From contig NMRA01000583.1 of the NCBI GenBank assembly GCA_002633005.1, forward strand, positions 146,753-210,752: 64,000 bases of DNA, written 5' to 3'. The first letter of the stretch is position 1; every line of letters begins with the position of its first letter. Under the pieces are notes generated by a model that was not told the origin of the DNA, made no database searches, and was given only the letters and a program-made list of their open reading frames with translations. Position numbers and translations under genes: made by a program. The DNA comes from Phoronis australis (lineage: Eukaryota > Animalia > Phoronida). Shown piece after piece: positions 39,018-53,499 of this stretch.

Positions 39018-42000
39018 TAATTACACCGACAAGTCGGCGAAGTCCTACAAAACCTTACCCGGTGAGACCCAGTTAGCTGTTTACGCCAGCGCTTTGCCGT
39101 AAGAATTTTATGGGCATCAAAGCTGAAAGTTTCTAGTGTGTTCTCTTGTATGTGCACGTANCGGGGTGCGGACAAAATTCGCTTTTTATATTGCAATCTT
39201 TTCAATGTAAATTTTGTACCATGTTCGGAATTCGATATTGGTATTTCCTTCAAATAATCGGGACTAACATTTAAGAGGTCAGGTTTACCTCCTTTAGCTC
39301 CTCGGATACTCGAAAGACAGCGATGGGGGTTTGGAAATTTGCGGGAAGTGCTGTTTTTGTCCGTGAAAAAGTCCCAGCAACCCTCTCAATGTCATTGGCA
39401 TCGCAGAACTTTAGATTACCCCCTGGTTATGCTTGTCATTTGGCAATTCAAATGAACAAAATATCAGTTGAAGCTATATACAGTCGATGAGTTGACGTGC
39501 GTACACAAACAGAACAAAAACGGTCACAACAACTCATGACGGTGCTCCCAAGCGATCTGATAAGTGCGCATGTGCATTGTTGTTTAGCAATGAAAGCGAG
39601 TGCCTATCCACAACATTTGTGTAACACGGTCTAGTGCAATCAAGCATATTGACTCAATGTATGAGCAAAGGGTATTACCAATAAAAATATTATTGTCGAA
39701 CCACATAAAAACCAATGCACTTCTGACATTGTGCTTGCTTTCCGGTAACAATGCCGTTAAAAATAGACACCTACATGCGCACCGGTCAGTGTTGGAAGGT
39801 TGACTCAGCAACGAGGATTGTGGACTCGCAGCGGTGTCACTCGGTTATTGTAGGTAGTGTTGAAATGCTACCAATCAAGGAGAACCCATTGTGATAAATA
39901 CTGTAAGTGTGAGGGACACTTTTTCGTATTGTAATCATATAATCACACAGTGCTGGCCAATGTCGCACTCGTGTTCATCGACATTGCACGGAACACTGAT
40001 ATATATGGCGCCACACAGTCGTAACGCGTTCCCTCCCGATCTAGTTTAAATATCACTTGACCTAAATGAAATAGAGTATGCGATTGAAACCGATAGGGAC
40101 TCAGCAGTCGTGTGGATAAATCTTCAACGCCATTCAAATAGGATAACACCTTAAGGGGTGCCTGATGAGACAACACCCCAATAACATATACACATAAGAG
40201 GGTTACGATGGCTTGCGAATACCACCTCAACAGCAGTTCAATTGCACGTGTTCTTCGTACGGTTTTCAAACTTATTCTATTTTTCTCTTATTTCAGGAAG
40301 GTCATGCATTTCTTTGGTCCACCCATACTATCAATTACAATTCAAACCAGTTGTGGGCCATAGTTAATTGACTGTGTGTCGTGGTCTCCTAGACGAGATA
40401 GAGATCGAGAAAAAGGTCTACCGGCCCTATTCATATTTAATGATTCGTTGATTCACATAATATTATACTTGTCTTTATAGTAAAGCTTAGTGCTCACACA
40501 TGTTGACAATGATGTCACTATCATCAATAAAATATCATACAACCTTTTGTCAGGACCACTCTCCCCAAGTGTATTTTACTCACATTGTATGAGTATTTTA
40601 AAAAGCCCTAAGGGTGAAAAACTGCTTTATTTTCCCATCAAAGCAGGACCAGAAACTACTAGCCTGGGCCCATTTGCATGCCATATACCAGCAGTTGAAG
40701 GTTCTCACCGTGTAAGGTCTGACTGTACCTTGTTTGTCATATATAATATTAGCAAGGTATAAAAACTAGCACTGAAGTCAGACAATGTTATTGCATGGTA
40801 CAGTGCATCATTGATAACCTCGGGAACACATTGTTGATTGTGTATGCTCACCTACACTATAATCAAGTTCACCTCCACCTAGACAGTGTACGAAGACACT
40901 GAGCAGTCACAAGGTATATGGCCTGTTACATACCTAGCAATTATATTATCGAACAAGAATACCGTTTACATTAACTTACCTTAAAAAGGACACAAATCAG
41001 AGTCGACAGTCGGTAGGCTTATGTAGGTCACGGCTCACCTTTGTACCTGAATGAAGATTGATTGACTGTTTCGCAATTCTCGTGCGATAAGCCTTAGCCC
41101 ATGGATACTGCACACAAAGAATAAAGAACACCACAACCGAGTTACTATTTACGCACTGGCTTTATTCAAACAAAATATAGTTCAACTTACAGCTTAGGAA
41201 CAGCGGTTACATTGCGTGCATGTTAATTGTGTGTGAATTTTGTGGCCGGATTGCGAAACAGTACGATGTTCTGATGCCTGACTAGCGGAAAGCCGCAAGA
41301 ATTTTTTCTGTAGTAATGCTAAAGCCCCCCCCCCCCCCNNNNNNNNGCTAAAGCCCCCCCCCCCCTCGGCCCCCCTGTGGTGCGCCGCCCATGATGCACA
41401 GTACGGCACAAAGTCTTTCAATTCCATGGGTGTTATGGGCGTGTGCCTGTGCACGACTGCCGGCTAACGCGTGATACAGGATTGCGTAGTGGTGAATAAT
41501 CCCACCCGTGGAAAAACCGATGAGCGAGTTACGTGAGGAAGCAGATGAAATTCGAAATTACACCAAGAATCCAAGCTATGAGTACAAAGAAATTTCTTAA
41601 TGTTCTTGGTAAGCCTTAAAAAGAAGACCCAGAAGTTCCTGCCTTCTTGAGGGCGTACGCTTTACTGACGGGAAAGCATCTTACACTCACGAAAAGATAA
41701 AATCAGTGGTCCTAGATGATACTTTGTGTGGTGTGACTAAACGTATCATATGGGTATCAACACTTCTGCAAGAGCATTTCTCCAAAATGCCTCCGATTTT
41801 TAAAACACAAACATCTGCCACTCAGCCGAGCGTACTTAGTGTTGTCGCGTGATTTTGGTTCATCATATATTTTTAAATATAGATCTTTATTGATTGTTGT
41901 GTGCTTTATAAATATTATTTTCCTTTTTAAATTTTGTAGGTTGGACGCGTTAGGACGGAATTCCCTGTTGTTTGTTTTTGGACTCCTTCTTTAGCTTGCC

Positions 42001-44974
42001 GAGAAATCATAGCGTTGTACTGTTGTCTATTTGTAGCCTGTTTGTTTTTAGCCATCTCAGGAGTTTGTCCTTGGATGACCATCTGTCACTTAGCGTACTT
42101 AGTGTTCAGTTGTCCTGTGATTTCGGTTCATCATTTTTTTGGAGTAAATCTGTATTGATTATGGTTAATACATATATAAACATGGGTGGCTGCAAGCTCC
42201 CCAGCTCCCCTGTGGTGCACCGCCTATAGATCATGGGCCGGCGCAGCACTGAAAAAAACTGGGGGGCTACAGCACCCCCCTCCCCAGCCCTCTATCCGGA
42301 TGCTCCACACATGAATAAACCCACTGTTGCTGACTGCGTAATCAAAACGTAGACCCTACTCATTCGCACCACCGGATACTGCTCAAGTGACACTTTCTCC
42401 GTCTTTTCCGTATTTTTAGATGATGGCGTAAAACAGTGACGACACATCCTCACATGCAAAAAACGACGACCCATTGACCTTTGGCTGACCGGAGGCGTGA
42501 CCTCTTTCCAGGAGCCTCACAGGAATCCTCAATATAATAACTGCCAAGGCCCTACTGTATATTACTACTCACGCAGCATGCATGGGCGTGGCCATGCTAC
42601 TTTTCATTGTCACCACACGGAAGTTCTGGTCCGCACACCAGCAAATTATCAACTTATTATATTTTTACGGTTGGCTATTTTGACGAAAAATCACCTTAAC
42701 GTGGCTATTTTTTGGCCGTCAGGATGGCCACGAAGGTACATTGTGGTCAATGACACCTCCCAATTTACTTACATTCTATTAATTTCTATCTGCACTCTGA
42801 ACCCAGACTAAGTGCAGTCGACTTCGTGTAACTTACAGTCAAGTAAGTTACACGAAGCTATTTGAATTCGCATGTTAAAAAGGCTCTAGAGTAGAGATTA
42901 CCGTCTGTTTTTTGTTTGGATGTTATTCTCCACACAGTCAATTATTTAACTGTTAGTATCGTACTGGCAGTGTTACACGGAGACAAACGTGTAAAATGTG
43001 TTGGATAAAAGTTTTCGTCAGTGCTGCAGATTTCTGTACTGCAAACTAGCTTGTAAATTTGCAGAGCCGGTGAGCTTATGGAGTTGAGACCGTTACCGGG
43101 TGGACATCACCGTTGAAAAATTTAAAATTAAAGAAAATTGTGTTGTTCAGGTGACCACTCTATGTCCTTGAATAACAATCTTCCTATCCCCCTGGTAAGT
43201 AATACACTGGATTTGGCATGTAAAAGCATTGGAATCGAGGGATGTGAGTGATATATGAAATTATTTTACTTGATTCCACGTGAAAACCCGGGCCAGTACT
43301 TGCCAAGTTGACTACTGGGCACCGAGTCTTCTATTTTCTGCTTGTCGCTGAAACAGGATACCAAGTGCTATTTTCGTTACTGCAATTATGTTTTAAATTG
43401 CCGTTGATGTATTCAAATTTATTTCGACATTCTTCATGTTTTATTTTGTAAAACTGTCGTTGATACTGACCGACTCCAGTTTTGTTGTTCTAGAGAAGCG
43501 GATACATGTACGTGGCAGGTTCTAAATGATCTGATCAGTCGAAGCCATGCTTTCAAATTCTGCTAGCCTATTTTCAGGATCCTGGTAGCTATTCCTTGGG
43601 TATAATGGGTCACATAGTTTGTTGTACACTATGAACACATTATGAACAATTAACACTTGTAATTATTATTGTTTGAAACTGAAAAGTTTGGCCAACTTAG
43701 GACTATGATTGATGTATTCTATAGTTTAAGTTTTGTTGTTTTCACTTTCATTTTTGGCATGTTAGCAGTTTGCAGTTGAGCTACAGGTTTTCGTCTTGAC
43801 TTTTTCCAATTTCTTTGGAATTAGTTCTTTGTTGGAATTAAATGTGTATATATTTCAGTCTTTCTGGTTAATCTCTGGATTGGTTTTCCCAATTTTTTAT
43901 AATTCTGTATCATAATTATCAGACCTGAAAGTAATTTTATAGGTCTCGTTTTCAAATGTTTCTCTTTATTTCTTCACTTGTTTATTTTGTTAGGAAAATC
44001 TACATCTTGAAGATTGTACAGCAGTGTGCTGGGTCAATCATTTGAAATAAAAATTTTCACAATTCAAGTGGTACATGGAGCGTTCACAGCTTGTTCGAGT
44101 GTACAAAATGTACGCTTTCCTAACACATGGCTTGAACTGTAATGTCATGCCAGCAGCAAGACTCCGGATGAAAGGTGGGTACGATAATGAAATTGGCGAT
44201 AACTTTGAGCAGTCTCTAAGTAGACATTTGCACTCCAAAATGCTTTGACATCAACAGAAATTCAAAATCTTTACAAACAAACCCTAAGAATACCTGGTGA
44301 ACAGTTTAACCTCGTTTAGTCTTTTTTGCATTTTTTGCCACTTTCAAATAATATTCCACAGTTTGGACAATAACAAAAATTCTGTTAAATGCTGTAAAAT
44401 TGGTAAATTTATATACTTACAAAGCATGTCAATAAATAGTTACTTGAAAATTTAGACAGATTTTGTGTCAGTTTTATACGACTAGTTTTGTTGCGTCTGT
44501 TGCCTCTTCTTGTTTTCTTATCTATATATCACACCTATACACTTTGTATTTATGTACAGTATCTGCATTATGATTTGAAATAATAAAAATACATGTAAAG
44601 TTGCTGAATGTACTGTATATTGTAAATGTATGAGCACTCGCTCTACTACAGTAGTATCCAGGTTGCACAACAGCCTCCTTTTTTAACTTTTACCATAGGT
44701 CAGACTGTGCCTATGGAAAACGTTTATGGTACCCCCCCATGTTTGATGACTAGCTTGTAGACGAGAATTTGCCAACATCCACTCCCATTGGTGAGAAAGT
44801 CAGCAACTCAGATGCTATGGTATGTGCATTGTGACCAGTAAAAAATCAGAACATAGATACACTATGCTTGGGAGCTGTCCACCTTATCATAGGCAAAATG
44901 CGGCCATTGAAAAAGTTTTTGTTCAGCCAGGCTTTACTGTTCAATTATGGCATTAAATTCCTAAATAGCTAGGC

Positions 44975-45308
44975 TTACGGTGAATATTTTGCAACTGGTT
45001 GCATGCGGTTACCTCTTAGGCTGATCTAGCTCATTTTATTACCCTTTTAGATAATCTTCCGTCAGAAGCATGCCATCATTGAAATTGTCAGGCATATAAC
45101 TATGCAGTGATGCTGAACATCTCGCAATTAGTTTCGAAAGGATACCTGGTGGGTTGATCAACTCGGATATTTGGGCGTGTCCGGCGGGACTAACCCACCA
45201 CTAGATTTGTCTGGCATTATTTATCCGTGATACCTGAGATTACGGTGAATATTTTGCAACTGGTTTCATGCGGTTACCTCTTGGATTAATCTAGATCAAT
45301 TTTTACCC
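44975..45308. repeat. Pair of ~70-bp direct repeats
   Basis: ttacggtgaatattttgcaactggtt(g/t)catgcggttacctctt at ~44975 and ~45240. Confidence 0.8.
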
Positions 45309-45541
45309 TGCTTAAAACTGTCTGGCTGAAATTGCCTGACAGTAACCAATTTTGATACAGTGAATTACGTAGTAGGTATCGAAGGCAGTTTCAAGGGTTA
45401 CCAGACAAGTTGATCTGGCGCAATTTTGAATGCTATTCTCTTGGCTCCCCTGACCACACCGAACTTGCCAGACAGTCATTTTCAAGCATGAGGTACCCAT
45501 AGAGCACTGTGGCACCAACGAAAATTGGTCACCTTTTCATG

Positions 45542-46346
45542 GGATTGTTTTAAAAACCCCTCGACCCCCACACCCCACGACCCCCTCGACCCATGGCTCA
45601 CGACCCCCTCGACCCACGAATCACAACCCCCTCGACCCAGTCTACACAAGCTCGACTCCATCTGAACACAGAACAAGCGCTGGACCAAGGAGTTGGGCCT
45701 TGAACTCGGCTGGCATTCCGAGTCGATTCGGCAAGTTGGAAAGCCAAAAACAGAAAAAAAAAACAACGCGACCAAATCAAATCAAAGACCTACCAACGTT
45801 ACAAACATCGTTCCTGGCAGAGTGTAATCGTTTCTTCTGCTCTTCAGTAAATTGCAGATTCAGCTCTTTTGCGGAAAATGCGAGGAACCGAAAAAACTGT
45901 AATTTCACCAGAAAATACAGTTTGGAAAAACAAACTGTTAATTAAAAAGTATTTCAACGTTATATGAAGTATATTGTAAACGAGTACACAACATAAAGCA
46001 AATAATAAAAATATGAAATTATGTACATTTATGTTAACGTACTCTCTCCCTAAGTTTAATAGAACTGGGCTGTTGGTGGAACTATTCCCGTGACAACGAT
46101 AGCGCGCTCACAATGCGCTATTCAAGACCACGTTCTCACGTCACTTTCTGTTTTTAATCACCAGACTTGAGCCAGAGCAGACCCACGTGTAGGTATGTCT
46201 TACGGGAAAGTCACTCAGCGACGTAACAAGAATGTGAAACATGTAAAAAGCGAACAAATACCTCTATTCTACAGGTCGTGGGTCGAAGGGGTCGTGGGTC
46301 GAGGGGTGTGGGGGTTGAGGGGGTCGAGGGACTTCTAGAACAATCC
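45542..46346. mobile_element. Mutator (MULE)-like MITE
   Basis: TIRs ggattgtttta..cccctcgacccc / ggggtcgaggg..tagaacaatcc. 9-bp flanks cttttcatg / attttcatg (8/9) fit a MULE TSD. Confidence 0.75.
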
Positions 46347-47320
46347 ATTTTCATGCCCAAAAGTCTAGGATCACGGTATGTCCTTTTTCCTACGGTTCAG
46401 GATTACTTGTGGACCCAGAACTAAGAACTAAACGAGGCAGGGTTCGTGACAAGGTTGGTGAACGGCAACATCTATTTACATTGTAAGGTGTTACAACTGT
46501 CAGCGGTATTGTGACCTTCTTTGTTTTCATCTAACCTTTAGTGATGAAAACTTGAAAGAAGACCATCAGTGCTTGTGTGAGCACGATATTCTATGTAAGT
46601 TATGTTGAATTATTCAACGCTTCGTTTTATGACCATTTCACAGTCAATCTATGGCTCATGCACAATACAACCAAAGGTATTTTTACTGGCCACTTAACTG
46701 CTTCCCAAAAGACTGCTCATTTGAGAACGCTTTACTACAGTGAATTCTTTGCAGTGGCGCATTTTTAATCCGAACAAAATTAATAAATTTCTAAAACAAA
46801 AACATTATATAAGTGCGTTTGGCATAGACACTGCCCATAATTCGAGCTTAAATACACTTTAATAATTTTCTCAGTACATGAACCCTGAATACCAAACTGT
46901 TTGGAGTAACTATACGCTGCCATGTGCAAGCAGACGACAAAATCAATATGCACTACAGTTTGAATTTTGCAATTGCACGATCTGTAGCATTGCCAAAAGT
47001 ACTCACGAAACCAATAGTTCTACTATTGGAAGACTGAACATCGTTTCAATGCCAAAATTATTTTATTTAGTTGTACCAGACAGCAAAATATATGCACAAA
47101 TTTCCCGTCATAAAACACTAACCGGAAGCTGAGATTGATAATTCAGGAGAGTGGCTCCCCCTCTGGGATATACCAATGTCTGAGTTGCGAATGTGTGGTC
47201 CATAATACCGTATGAAGTCATGAGCACATACGCGGTAAAGCAATTCTGATGCAGTCAACGCGCGCCTGCACGCTGTAACATAATGATGTCAACGCTTAAA
47301 AAAAATCAAGATTTCTAAAC

Positions 47321-47354
47321 ATGACTTCAAAATTTCGGAACATTCTGGTTTGTT
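47321..47354 (+). CDS. Exon 1 of secreted TSP1-domain protein
   Basis: MTSKFRNILVC then T|GTAAGT. Joined to exon 2 it gives the signal peptide MTSKFRNILVCYFAILCSNQSYA. Confidence 0.6.
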
Positions 47355-48381
47355 GTAAGTATGCCGGTGCTTTGTATTTGGAGAAAGACAATTATATTTT
47401 CGCAAGAAATTCTGTAAATCTGTAGTCATACAGCAAGAACGAAAACAACATGATGCATCAAGTTACCGTATAAAAAACAACTCTTCTACCGCTATGGCTG
47501 GTGGATGTTAGGATTCAAAGCCAGCTAAATTTTTACGTGAAAGCGAAATTAAACGTCAACCGAATAACTGAGCTCAGGGTGTCCAGTTATCGTAGTATAT
47601 ATCCGCTAGATTACAAACTACCTACAAATCTCTCTGCGAATGCAACTTCTTTTATTTTCATTCAAATAACATCTGACACAAATCAGTCATTTCAATTTAG
47701 TCAAATTGTTTAGTTAATTTTGCGATGAGATTCAACATGTTGCGTTCTTTAGCTAAGCTCTCCTCCCTTTCTTCTCCATTTCAAGCCTCTCTTCCCTTTC
47801 CTTCTTCCCTATTTCAAACTTTTCCCTTTTCAGTGTTATTTCTTGCCCTCGTATTTTCAGCTCTGCATCACGTTTATTTGAGGAAGTTGGACAATCGGTA
47901 CATGTGCTTTTTAAAGAATCTTGAATGAAATATGTTTAGTATAATTGTAGTGTATTTTAATGTATTCTATTCTGCTACAGGTATGCAAGATGGGAATTTA
48001 TGTTGAATGTGGAAAAAATCATTTCTACAAACTCTTAGGAAAAAAATGGTCAATTCTTATAATGCGTAATTTATTTGCAGTTTGACATAAACAGATGCAA
48101 GTAAATTAAGGACGTAAAAAATTAGCAATGAACATGAAATCATATCTGTTAATAATCCATTCTAGTTGGATGATATCCAGCAAACCCTGAAATAATAAAG
48201 ATTTTCTAAAAAGGCCTTGTTTCAGCAGGAATTTAAGAACATTTATCCACAAAAATCACGCAAATTTTATACTAAATCAAAGACGAAAGATTGAGAACCC
48301 TATCAAAATAAAAATAGTTTCGATGTCTAGCCAAATAAGAATTAAAAAGGTGCCACAAGTTTCGAGTTTAAAGCTACGTGA

Positions 48382-49110
48382 AGGCCCAGTCATACATCCG
48401 ATTACGCACGAATCACTCATGAATCACGCACAGATTTTCGCTTATGCCTGAAGCTTGCGTCGTATTCGTAATTGGTCGGTGGAACCAACGTGGAGCATCA
48501 GTGAATGTAAGTGGATGTGCGTCGAGGGGGTTTGTGCGCGATTTTGAGTTTTGAACGGTTCAAAAATTTTCCAACGCACAACTCTGCGTCGGCGGGTGTG
48601 CGTAATTCGTGAGTTGACGTGCGTAGTTTATGCGTCGAGTATGCGTGATTATGCGCTGGACACGCGTTTGCCATCAGTGCTTATGCGGCAGAACTGGTTC
48701 GAAATCACGCACGTCCACGTCCGTCCACTGACGCCCCACCTTCATATCACGCATGAAATACGCATATATGACGTTCATTCCACTGACATCCACTGACAAT
48801 CACTTACAAAAGTGTTTGAACGTGATCCGTCAGTGATTCATGCGTGAGGCATGCGTCGAAGGTTCGTGGAATACCATATCATTTTGGCTTGTACATGTAT
48901 GCGTCGATATGCGCGATATGTCAGTGATTCATCAGTGATTGTAAGTGATATGTGCGTGGGCCATAGGTGATTCGTCAGTTATTTGTCAGTGATTTCTAAC
49001 CTCTACACCCGGAAAATTTGGTCAATTTCTCGACGATCAAAACACGCACAAATTGAATTTGTGCGTGTTGTATGAGTGATTCATGCGTGATCGGCTGTAT
49101 GACTGGGCCT
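48382..49110. mobile_element. Harbinger MITE (deletion derivative of the element ending at 61635)
   Basis: TIRs aggcccagtcatac / gtatgactgggcct with TGA TSD on both sides. The last ~290 bp are nearly identical to ~61345-61635. Confidence 0.9.
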
Positions 49111-49535
49111 TGAATCTCCCTGTATTCGCGTAAATACGCAAACACTAACGGGATTACGTCAAATCCAGCAATGGCATGTATGGCGCGGAAAGTATATTTC
49201 CGTGATAATTCAAGTTCGCGTCCCTTTGGGAAACCTATGTATTATTTCTTTCACACAAATCAGGTGATTTTAAAGGTCTATTTTATCCAATGTACAGCGA
49301 TTGTCCTGATTCGGTAACGGGAAATAGGAACGGAAAGTAGTCAGCCGATATCTGAGCGACCGAACAATTTCAAGGAATCACTTCGTCAGTGTTTAAATAC
49401 CGCCCATCAAAAATTAGACTTGTCCATCTGTTTGTGAATATTGTGATACGCGTACACTTCCTGTATATCAAGGAGATCAGGACATACATCCCTCTAATTG
49501 CTTCAGGAAAAATAAACTGATATTTTAAATTTCAG

Positions 49536-49592
49536 ATTTTGCCATTCTTTGTTCAAACCAATCTTACGCCTTGACCAATGATTCTGGAGTAC
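49536..49592 (+). CDS. Exon 2 of secreted TSP1-domain protein
   Basis: tttcag| ... |gtaagt, phase 1 to 1. (Y)FAILCSNQSYALTNDSGV. Confidence 0.62.
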
Positions 49593-50327
49593 GTAAGTAC
49601 GCCCTGTAACTAGAAATGAACGGGATTTGGTGATTTTACCCCAACTCATTTTATCACCCGTAAGGTGGAGCGAAAGCATTAGTGAGCTTTAACATTCCTT
49701 TCGTTTCTCACTCACTGAGCTATGTGTTTCATAAAATGCATACTGTATCTACCAAGTCCAAAGGGCTAACAATTATTAATTTTGCAGCAAACTGTTTTTA
49801 AAATTGCCTTATCGTGAAGTTGGATATTCTGTCAGTGCTCTATTCCAAGAGCTGTCTATATTGCTCGATACCTGCGTTGAACTGATTGCATTTCGTAGAA
49901 AATTTCGACCATTTTGTGAACAGTGTAGCACTTTCGTGCACTTGTATGCATTGATTCCAGTCACTTTCATTCTGGCATTCAACATTTCATATTCGAGAGT
50001 GTGCTGGGACACGCCCTATACAATTGGTGCTACTTTAGAATGGGCAGAACGTAATTAAGATTGCATTAGATTTTGCAATATTAACGGAAGGGGGATAATG
50101 CTTAAGGTTAGCTAAAGCAATCGAACTTATTCTTGTTGACCACAGTTCTTGCAACCAGAAAGGAAGGCAAGCATTGGTCTCCGGACTGTATTTTCTCGTT
50201 TGGTGTTGAAGGCCATCTCTGCATTGTATTCCGAAGTCGAACATTCTCTACTAAATTTTGAGCTATGTTTTACCGAATTGCAAGTTCATCGCACAACATA
50301 TCAACATATGCGTTTCCATTTCTCCAG

Positions 50328-50501
50328 TTCACTCAATGTGGGGCCAATGGTTTGCGTGGAAGCCCTGCTCCACAACGTGTGGGCCAGGTCTACAAGTTCG
50401 CGTACGCATCTGCCTAAAAGACTTCTCAGAAATGCGGGCAAACGCCAGCAGTTGTGGAACTGATTCAAAGGAGGTGCGACCATGTCCTAGTCAACCAGAA
50501 T
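50328..50501 (+). CDS. Exon 3, thrombospondin type-1 repeat (TSP1)
   Basis: HSMWGQWFAWKPCSTTCGPGLQVRVRICLKDFSEMRANASSCGTDSKEVRPCPSQPE(C): WxxWxxW, CSxTCG and RxRxC motifs in a symmetric phase-1 exon. Confidence 0.88.
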
Positions 50502-52638
50502 GTAAGAAACAGATGTCGTTTCCTCGCCCCTCTGAAAATCGCCAGAGCATAACATGTCACATGTTTTTTAAATACAACTTTTAATTGCACTCTTCGTTGA
50601 GATTGTCAACACCCAGATAGTTTCACTTAAGATCTATCTGCCTCCTAGAAAACTGACAACTAAGGATTTTGGCTATTATACATAAGTACGAAGAGCGAAA
50701 GTAAAATATTTCATATTTTGGCAATTGTTTCGTTACTCGGAAACTAAAGACATAGGTATGTGAAATTTTGAGAGAAAAAATAATCGAAAAGAATTCGTAT
50801 TTTTTTAGCTCAGCTCTGTCGAACTGTGTTTCTGGTGTAATTGCTGCCAATTCGATCGTCGTTGTTCAAGCCTCGAAACTTCTCAGTGTTACCATCTTCT
50901 TTGAGAGGATCTGCAGTCCTATTCATATGACTGTCGCACACTTTCATGTATGTAGAAACCAGAGAATATCTGTGACAAAAACGGGTGTCGACATAAATAA
51001 AAAGCATCACTAGCCCTCGAAATCTGAATTGAGATCAAACTCGTGCCGTTGGCTCCTTATAATTATGACAACAAAGTCTGTTTAGTAGCGCGAGGCAATT
51101 CCGATCGATTGGCAGTGAAAAAGTTCAGCAGTGTAGCCTAAGACAATGCGACGGCCGTGCCTGTTCTAATGGCAATTGTAAACAATGTCTTTTCAGACCG
51201 ATGGGAGTGCTAGATGTAATGTTTCCAGATCACTCATTCTGAGATGGCGTCCCGGTTTTGTAGCAAAAGTGAATTCCATTGAAGCCCGGCAATGGCTGGC
51301 TCAAATCTGTATTTTTCCAGTTGTATGCACCCAAGATTGTAAAAATCGAAGAGTGCCTCGCGTTTTTTGAAGCATGGAACTGGTAATGAATAATCAAGCT
51401 GTAATTTTGTGGTCTGTTTAACTACCTCCAACATTTCATTGAACAGCGTTTCGGCCTGACATTTTCTGACCATCGTTAGGCTTCCATTCTTGGTTGAAGA
51501 AATGAAGAGCCAAAACAACGTTTCGTTGAAATTTTGGGGTTGATGAGAACAGACCTGGAGACTGCAAATGCAATTATACAGAACAACATCGTCACCTGAA
51601 TGCAGATTCAGAATACTGGGGAAATATTGTTTAAAGGCCAAAATGCCTTGAATATGGATCTAGAATCATTTTTAGAAAAAGTGGGAAACCTGGTTTCTAG
51701 CCTAACTACAGTATGCCAGATTTGACCAGTCGAATTTTGCCTTTCTAGCCATCTAACTACACCGTAGCACAAATAAAATGGCAGTTTAATAGTCAAGAGC
51801 AATTTTCAATGGGTTTGCCTATTATAACACACGCCGATGAACTCTTCACCCTTTCTTCACTCTGTCGAAAACGTTATGCAGAAAACGAAACCGGTTTTGA
51901 GTCAAATCACCACAGAAACCTTATTATTTCTTGTATTTTTACTCTTTCACTCCTACTGCAAGGTAGGTTACAGAAAAAAGGATTAAGTACACAAAATCAG
52001 TATCTTTAACCCCTAAAACACCACTTCCCTGCCGATGAACGTCATAAGCCAACGTTAGGATCCTAAAACCAAATTTCATACAGTGTAACGATTCAAAAAT
52101 GTGGTCCAAAAGATCTGTCAACCAACTATTTTTTTGCAATTCTGGGGACTACCTGAAATTGCATACGATTTCTCAGGCGCTGTCCATTGCGTAGATAAAA
52201 CCGGGGGCCGCCATCTTAAATAAGGGTGCAGATATAGACGAGCAAGTGGTCTTTTCTCATTCTCAATATATTCAAAAATCTCCAAAAAAGCATTCACTGA
52301 GACTTCGTGCAACACCTACCTAAAACTCCCCCCCTCAAGCCTGGGCTACCCCCATATTTTAATACTTTGGGCACTGCAAATTTGCCATGCCACACAGCCT
52401 CTGGTGAACCCGTGTTATCTGGAGACTCACACGGTCGCTTTCGCGTTGAACGTGCAGGCGAAGCTGCGCTTTGCGGCTTGTAGCAAGTGTGATATAACAG
52501 TCATTATCATCGCTTACACCTACAAAGAGTCTAGGATAGCTTGGTTTGCGGCCATTTACAATGCACTGGCCGTCAGTAAGACCATATGCTACCTCGACTG
52601 ACACGTATATCTCTTCACTTTAAGCACTTCCATTGTAG

Positions 52639-52683
52639 GTGATCTGGCAGAGCCTTTCTTAATTTCCCCAAGACAACCTCAAG
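52639..52683 (+). CDS. Exon 4 of TSP1 gene (Pro-rich linker); downstream exons unresolved
   Basis: ttccattgtag| ... aag|gtaagt. Supplies the last TSP1 Cys: CDLAEPFLISPRQPQ. Confidence 0.62.
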
Positions 52684-53499
52684 GTAAGTTAAACAACCTT
52701 CCAACTAAAAGCATACTAAGAACATATTGATTCATGCAATTGCACTCAAGAAAATCCCACGTCGAGGCACGGCGGTCCATCATAACAACTCAAGGTTACG
52801 TCATCACCTACTTCAGGATTCAAGTTGGCGGGTGCTTCTGCTTCACTCTAGAACGTCTACGAGCAATTTGACAAAAGATGGTCAAGAACATTCTTGTAGA
52901 ATAACGAGTGCATTGTTTATCGGCCCTTGATAATGTCTTAATGTCATTCCAGGGATAATAAATCATTTATGTTGTTTGTGACGTTTCAATATTTAGCAGG
53001 AGCATTTGGAATTTCTAATCTTAGAACAAGAAATATAATTGGAGTAATGAGACGATGAGACCAGTGGAGAGTTGATGGTACTCAAAACACAAGCTATCAG
53101 CAAGTAATTTTTTGTTTTTGCTTTCAGTGCAAGCAATTTTGAGACGCAAGAACGCAAACTGACACTAATCAAATAGATTTCATATGAACGGTTCGTTGTG
53201 AAAGTGAGAGCACATTAAACCGGTATCAAACGCGATGACGAATGACAATTTTCTAAGGGATATTTTATATAAGGACATTCTTTGCATAATCTATAATTAA
53301 AGTCTTGTATGTCTATTTCAAACGTAGCTTTTGCATTTGTTATCGTTTTCTGTTCCTGGAGTATATGCCTTTTTGTGTCGGAACAGCTTGCGTATCTCCA
53401 TGAGCTCTAGAGCTTTACCTAGGGTCACACAAGCGTTGAGCGTAAGGTCAAATTTCCATACCCTGTAAGAAATCATTGTTCCTGACACAAACGAGAAGT

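Noticed and set aside
41316-41365. Duplicated gctaaagc-poly(C) around an N run
   Set aside because: Typical gap-edge assembly artefact.
43151-44819. Two exon-like segments (43151-43194 and ~44699-44819)
   Set aside because: The second has stops in all three frames, and no coherent protein could be built.
53000-53103. In-frame TGA at 53056 as selenocysteine or read-through
   Set aside because: No SECIS is visible, and the paralogous block near 63582-63670 does not keep the frame.
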